Shown piece by piece: positions 63,786 through 64,000 of a stretch of 64,000 nt of DNA. Location of the stretch: positions 6,816,001 to 6,880,000 of the forward strand of contig OZ250169.1 of NCBI GenBank assembly GCA_965237955.1, read 5' to 3'. Positions within the stretch are counted from its first letter, which is position 1. Each line of letters begins with the position of its first letter. The notes under the pieces are model-generated. The model did not search any database. It was not told the DNA's origin and worked only from the letters and a program-made list of their open reading frames with translations. Position numbers and translations under genes: made by a program. This DNA is from Candidatus Marinacidobacterales bacterium. Its GTDB lineage: Bacteria > Acidobacteriota > Vicinamibacteria > Marinacidobacterales > SMYC01.

Positions 63786-64000
63786 CTACATGACGTCGAG
63801 CAGCCGTTGCGAGAACTCCGTCACCCGGTCCAAATAACCCCACAACAGGAGCCCAATAATATTAGGCACGACGAGCACGAAAAGTAAACCCGTGTACAGC
63901 GGCTGCAGCCGAAGCGGCGACGACGGCTCCGGGGTGTCCGCGCCCTCCATGAACATGGTTTTCAGAATCTTGACGTAGTAGAACGCCCCGATCGCGCTAT
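63786..64000 (-). CDS. nuoN: NADH-quinone oxidoreductase subunit N, C-terminal part
   Basis: SAIGAFYYVKILKTMFM motif followed by a terminal TM helix; runs off the window. Confidence 0.75.
   Translation of the reverse strand, partial: SAIGAFYYVKILKTMFMEGADTPEPSSPLRLQPLYTGLLFVLVVPNIIGLLLWGYLDRVTEFSQRLLDVM

Overview
GC-rich bacterial chromosomal window. The gene families (acidobacterial-type VWA protein, MTLAPGTKLG-type Ser/Thr kinase remnants, secreted kinase-like protein) suggest Acidobacteriota, but this is inference. Housekeeping blocks: thrA-asd-thrB-thrC, ymdB, a diguanylate cyclase, a 1-Cys peroxiredoxin, an ATP-dependent ligase, hppA with divergent Na+-coupled amino-acid symporters, VKOR-DsbA, M50/M48/M36 proteases, a ferredoxin and the 3' end of nuoN. 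These are interleaved with heavy mobile-element traffic: two ISL3 copies, an IS5/ISNCY-like element, an IS21 nested inside an ISAzo13, a MITE-like element, REP-like palindromes, intact and decayed toxin-antitoxin modules, and many gene remnants. Most interesting: (1) elp3 lies head-to-head (31 bp apart) with a Trm9/ALKBH8-like methyltransferase, a candidate eukaryote-style cm5U->mcm5U wobble-uridine pathway in a bacterium; (2) a ~2.6 kb inversion bounded by an 8-bp inverted repeat split a RES toxin gene and fused its 5' part to an MBL RNase; (3) a tandem pair of unrecognised paralogous proteins whose promoter and palindromic operator have been displaced by an IS; (4) an AglZ/FrzS-like pseudo-receiver coiled-coil gene interrupted by ISL3. 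All family calls come from motif recognition by eye; no database searches were run. Several single-base indels may be sequencing errors.
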